From the NCBI GenBank assembly GCA_964547295.1, contig CAZJMH010000003.1:9318-33317 (forward strand): a stretch of 24,000 nucleotides of DNA. Direction: 5' to 3'. The translations under genes and the position numbers were made by a program. The notes under the pieces were generated by a model. That model was not told the origin of the DNA. It worked only from the letters and a program-made list of their open reading frames with translations, and made no database searches. The stretch's first letter is position 1. Every line of letters starts with the position of its first letter. This document shows positions 22,368 through 24,000 of the stretch, piece by piece. This stretch comes from an uncultured Gammaproteobacteria bacterium (lineage in GTDB: Bacteria; Patescibacteriota; Microgenomatia; UBA12405; JAHJSD01).

Positions 22368-22387
22368 AAAAATGAACCAATTGTAAA

Positions 22388-23410
22388 TTAATTAAATGGA
22401 AGCAGTTGTTTTATTTTGTCAGCGAATAAAGTATAGGTTCTAACAAAAGAGTCGTCTACATGGGCATATAGAAGTCCTTCCCTTTTCTTATTTTGGACAA
22501 AATCGCTAGCAAAAGTGATAGTTCTGGCTTGAGTGTCACTAATAAAAGGTTTTTTAGATACCCATTCGATTTCACCTTTTTCAAAATTATAAATAAATAA
22601 TCCAACTGTAAATTGGCCATATTTGGTCTTTCCATTAATCCTCCTATTGGCTTCACGGCCGTTAATTATACCCAACCTTTTGTCTTTACCGATGTTTATA
22701 AAAGATTTAGGTAAGAGAGGGCCAGGCGAAGCATGACCGGCTATCCAACTGAGGTTGTGTTCCGCAGGATGAAAAACTATTTTTCCGAATTTCCAAGGCC
22801 TATTCATACTTTCTGCAATAGCAACTTGAATTACAGAGTATCGAGTTTCATCTTGTAATCTACTTGATTCGATTAAATTGAACCTAAAACCTTTGCTATT
22901 AAGTGGGGCTATTGAAACTTCTTTTGCACCCCCTTCTTTTGAATCTTTAGCAGCAGTTAGAACCGGCGGAGTCATTTCTAATGATTCTAAATCTTTACCT
23001 ATTGCATGGCCTAAATTTATGACGGTCATTTTTTCTTTTATGTTTTTAAAAGGCATTGTGAAATAAAGATGAATTAAATCAGTTTTTTTATCGTACCAAA
23101 TGTCTGGATCCTCTGGCCCGAGAAATTGCCAGTCTTGTTCACCAAGTCTTTTAATAATTAACCTTTCCTTTTGTAGTTTTATTTCTTTTTCTACGTTAAA
23201 TCTATATAAGGATTTGCCTACTACTTTAGAGAGTTTGCTGTAGTCAATAAACCCTTTATACTCAACATCTCCCTGCCGTTGAGCTATACATCTGATAAGA
23301 CCATCCCTATAATTTGTTTTAGGGTTTAATGAAATTGCCATAATATGCTTATATTTTCTATTGTTGGAGATTACTTTGTCCTTATGTTGAAGATAGTTTT
23401 CATCCTTCAT
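22388..23410 (-). CDS. hypothetical protein, distant GH130/DUF377-like five-bladed beta-propeller (tentative)
   Basis: GPEDPDIWYDKKTDLIHLYFTM resembles the EDPR...YY.MxYTA blade motif. C-terminal LLYAHVDDSFVRTYTL resembles the L.IYYGAAD closing strand. The ATG overlaps the upstream GH130 stop (ATGA). Confidence 0.5.
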   Translation of the reverse strand: MKDENYLQHKDKVISNNRKYKHIMAISLNPKTNYRDGLIRCIAQRQGDVEYKGFIDYSKLSKVVGKSLYRFNVEKEIKLQKERLIIKRLGEQDWQFLGPEDPDIWYDKKTDLIHLYFTMPFKNIKEKMTVINLGHAIGKDLESLEMTPPVLTAAKDSKEGGAKEVSIAPLNSKGFRFNLIESSRLQDETRYSVIQVAIAESMNRPWKFGKIVFHPAEHNLSWIAGHASPGPLLPKSFINIGKDKRLGIINGREANRRINGKTKYGQFTVGLFIYNFEKGEIEWVSKKPFISDTQARTITFASDFVQNKKREGLLYAHVDDSFVRTYTLFADKIKQLLPFN

Positions 23411-24000
23411 TTTTCTTTGATCAAGTTAGTGATTAGTTCGTCGAATTTGACAGCGGCGACGCCAATGGCTTGATCACCTCCGCCGTAATAAACAAAAAGG
23501 GTTCCATCAATGACAACTGCACCGCAAGGATAAACAACATTATTAACTTCGCCTTCCAACTCAAATTGCATCCGTGGTTCAAGTAAAGGATATTTAGACC
23601 GGGCAATTTCTTGAGTAGGGTTGTCAAGGTCAAGAAGCATTGCTCCTACCCGGTAATGCCGGTCTTTATTTGAAATTCCATGGTATAAAAGCATCCAGCC
23701 GGCGTCAGTTTTAATCGGCGGTGCACCAATACCTACTTTTCTGCTGTCCCAGCTGTTTTGTCTGGTTTTAAACCAAAGACTACCTTTAATCCATTTTCTT
23801 TCTTCATTAAATTCCAAGTCATCAACAAAGTCCAGCCAAATACCCGGGTAAATGCGATGGAAAACACCGTATTTACCGTCTTTCATATTAGGAACAATAC
23901 AAGAGTTTTTGTCATCAATTCCAGGAGGAGAAATTAGTTTTGGTTTAGACCATTTCCAATTTCGGCTCAAAAAATCGTCAATTTTTATTGATGACATGGC
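23407..24000 (-). CDS. GH130-family (PH1107/DUF377-type) glycosidase or glycoside phosphorylase, 5' end outside the window
   Basis: WDSRKVGIGAPPIKTDAGWMLLYHGIS...HYRVGAMLLDLDNPTQEI...EGEVNNVVYPCGAVVIDGTLFVYYGGGDQAIGVA matches the C-terminal ~200 aa of this family. The frame is still open at position 24000, and the N-terminal blades are missing from the window. Confidence 0.75.
   Translation of the reverse strand, partial: AMSSIKIDDFLSRNWKWSKPKLISPPGIDDKNSCIVPNMKDGKYGVFHRIYPGIWLDFVDDLEFNEERKWIKGSLWFKTRQNSWDSRKVGIGAPPIKTDAGWMLLYHGISNKDRHYRVGAMLLDLDNPTQEIARSKYPLLEPRMQFELEGEVNNVVYPCGAVVIDGTLFVYYGGGDQAIGVAAVKFDELITNLIKEK

Noticed and set aside
22212-22387. A T-box riboswitch leader for tyrS.
   Set aside because: The leader is only ~176 nt. 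There is no recognisable Stem I specifier architecture, and no conserved T-box sequence (AGGGUGGUACCGCG-like) preceding a terminator. The only faint match, GGAGUGGUAAAAUG, is simply the SD and start codon.
1-24000. An alternative genetic code (UGA as Gly/Trp), as in some candidate phyla.
   Set aside because: TGA terminates conserved proteins at normal lengths (for example 539, 1818 and 9632), and no conserved gene is interrupted by in-frame TGA.
1-24000. CRISPR arrays, cas genes, restriction-modification, toxin-antitoxin or other defence islands, IS elements and transposases.
   Set aside because: No regularly spaced direct repeats of 25-40 bp are present. No ORF has nuclease, methylase, transposase or reverse-transcriptase motifs that I can recognise.

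Overview
This window is a gene-dense, low-GC (mid-30s % by eye) bacterial chromosome segment made almost entirely of housekeeping genes. It uses the standard genetic code, since TGA ends conserved proteins at normal lengths.

Several traits suggest a small-genome Patescibacteria/CPR-like organism, but this is inference only because no database search was possible. At least 7 gene pairs overlap, spacers are tiny, Shine-Dalgarno motifs are mostly absent, there are many small membrane or secreted hypotheticals, and the TyrRS is archaeal-type.

- **Left block (21-12687, mostly + strand):** hypothetical, S41 C-terminal protease, HtrA protease, rpmE, a domain-1-less RF1, hisS (-), two surface proteins (-), hypothetical, dnaB, tRNA-Leu(CAA) (-), membrane protein, DksA/TraR zinc finger, RluA-family pseudouridine synthase, LytR_C protein, YebC, membrane protein.
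- **Right block (14471-24000, all - strand):** gyrA, ppa, gyrB, Cys-rich exported protein, ferredoxin, membrane protein, archaeal-type tyrS, two GH130-like beta-propeller genes (the last runs off the window).
- **Junction:** the two blocks converge on an 827-bp ORF-free, partly extremely AT-rich island (12688-13514), followed by a Xer-type tyrosine recombinase gene. This island is the only real anomaly. It carries a degenerate 7-bp tandem array with a stop codon in every unit, palindromes, short direct repeats and a XerD-arm-like half-site.

I see no CRISPR array, transposase, prophage, toxin-antitoxin or recognisable defence system. Apart from the island and a few regulatory-looking palindromes, this is ordinary core-genome sequence, and the interest scores are set accordingly.
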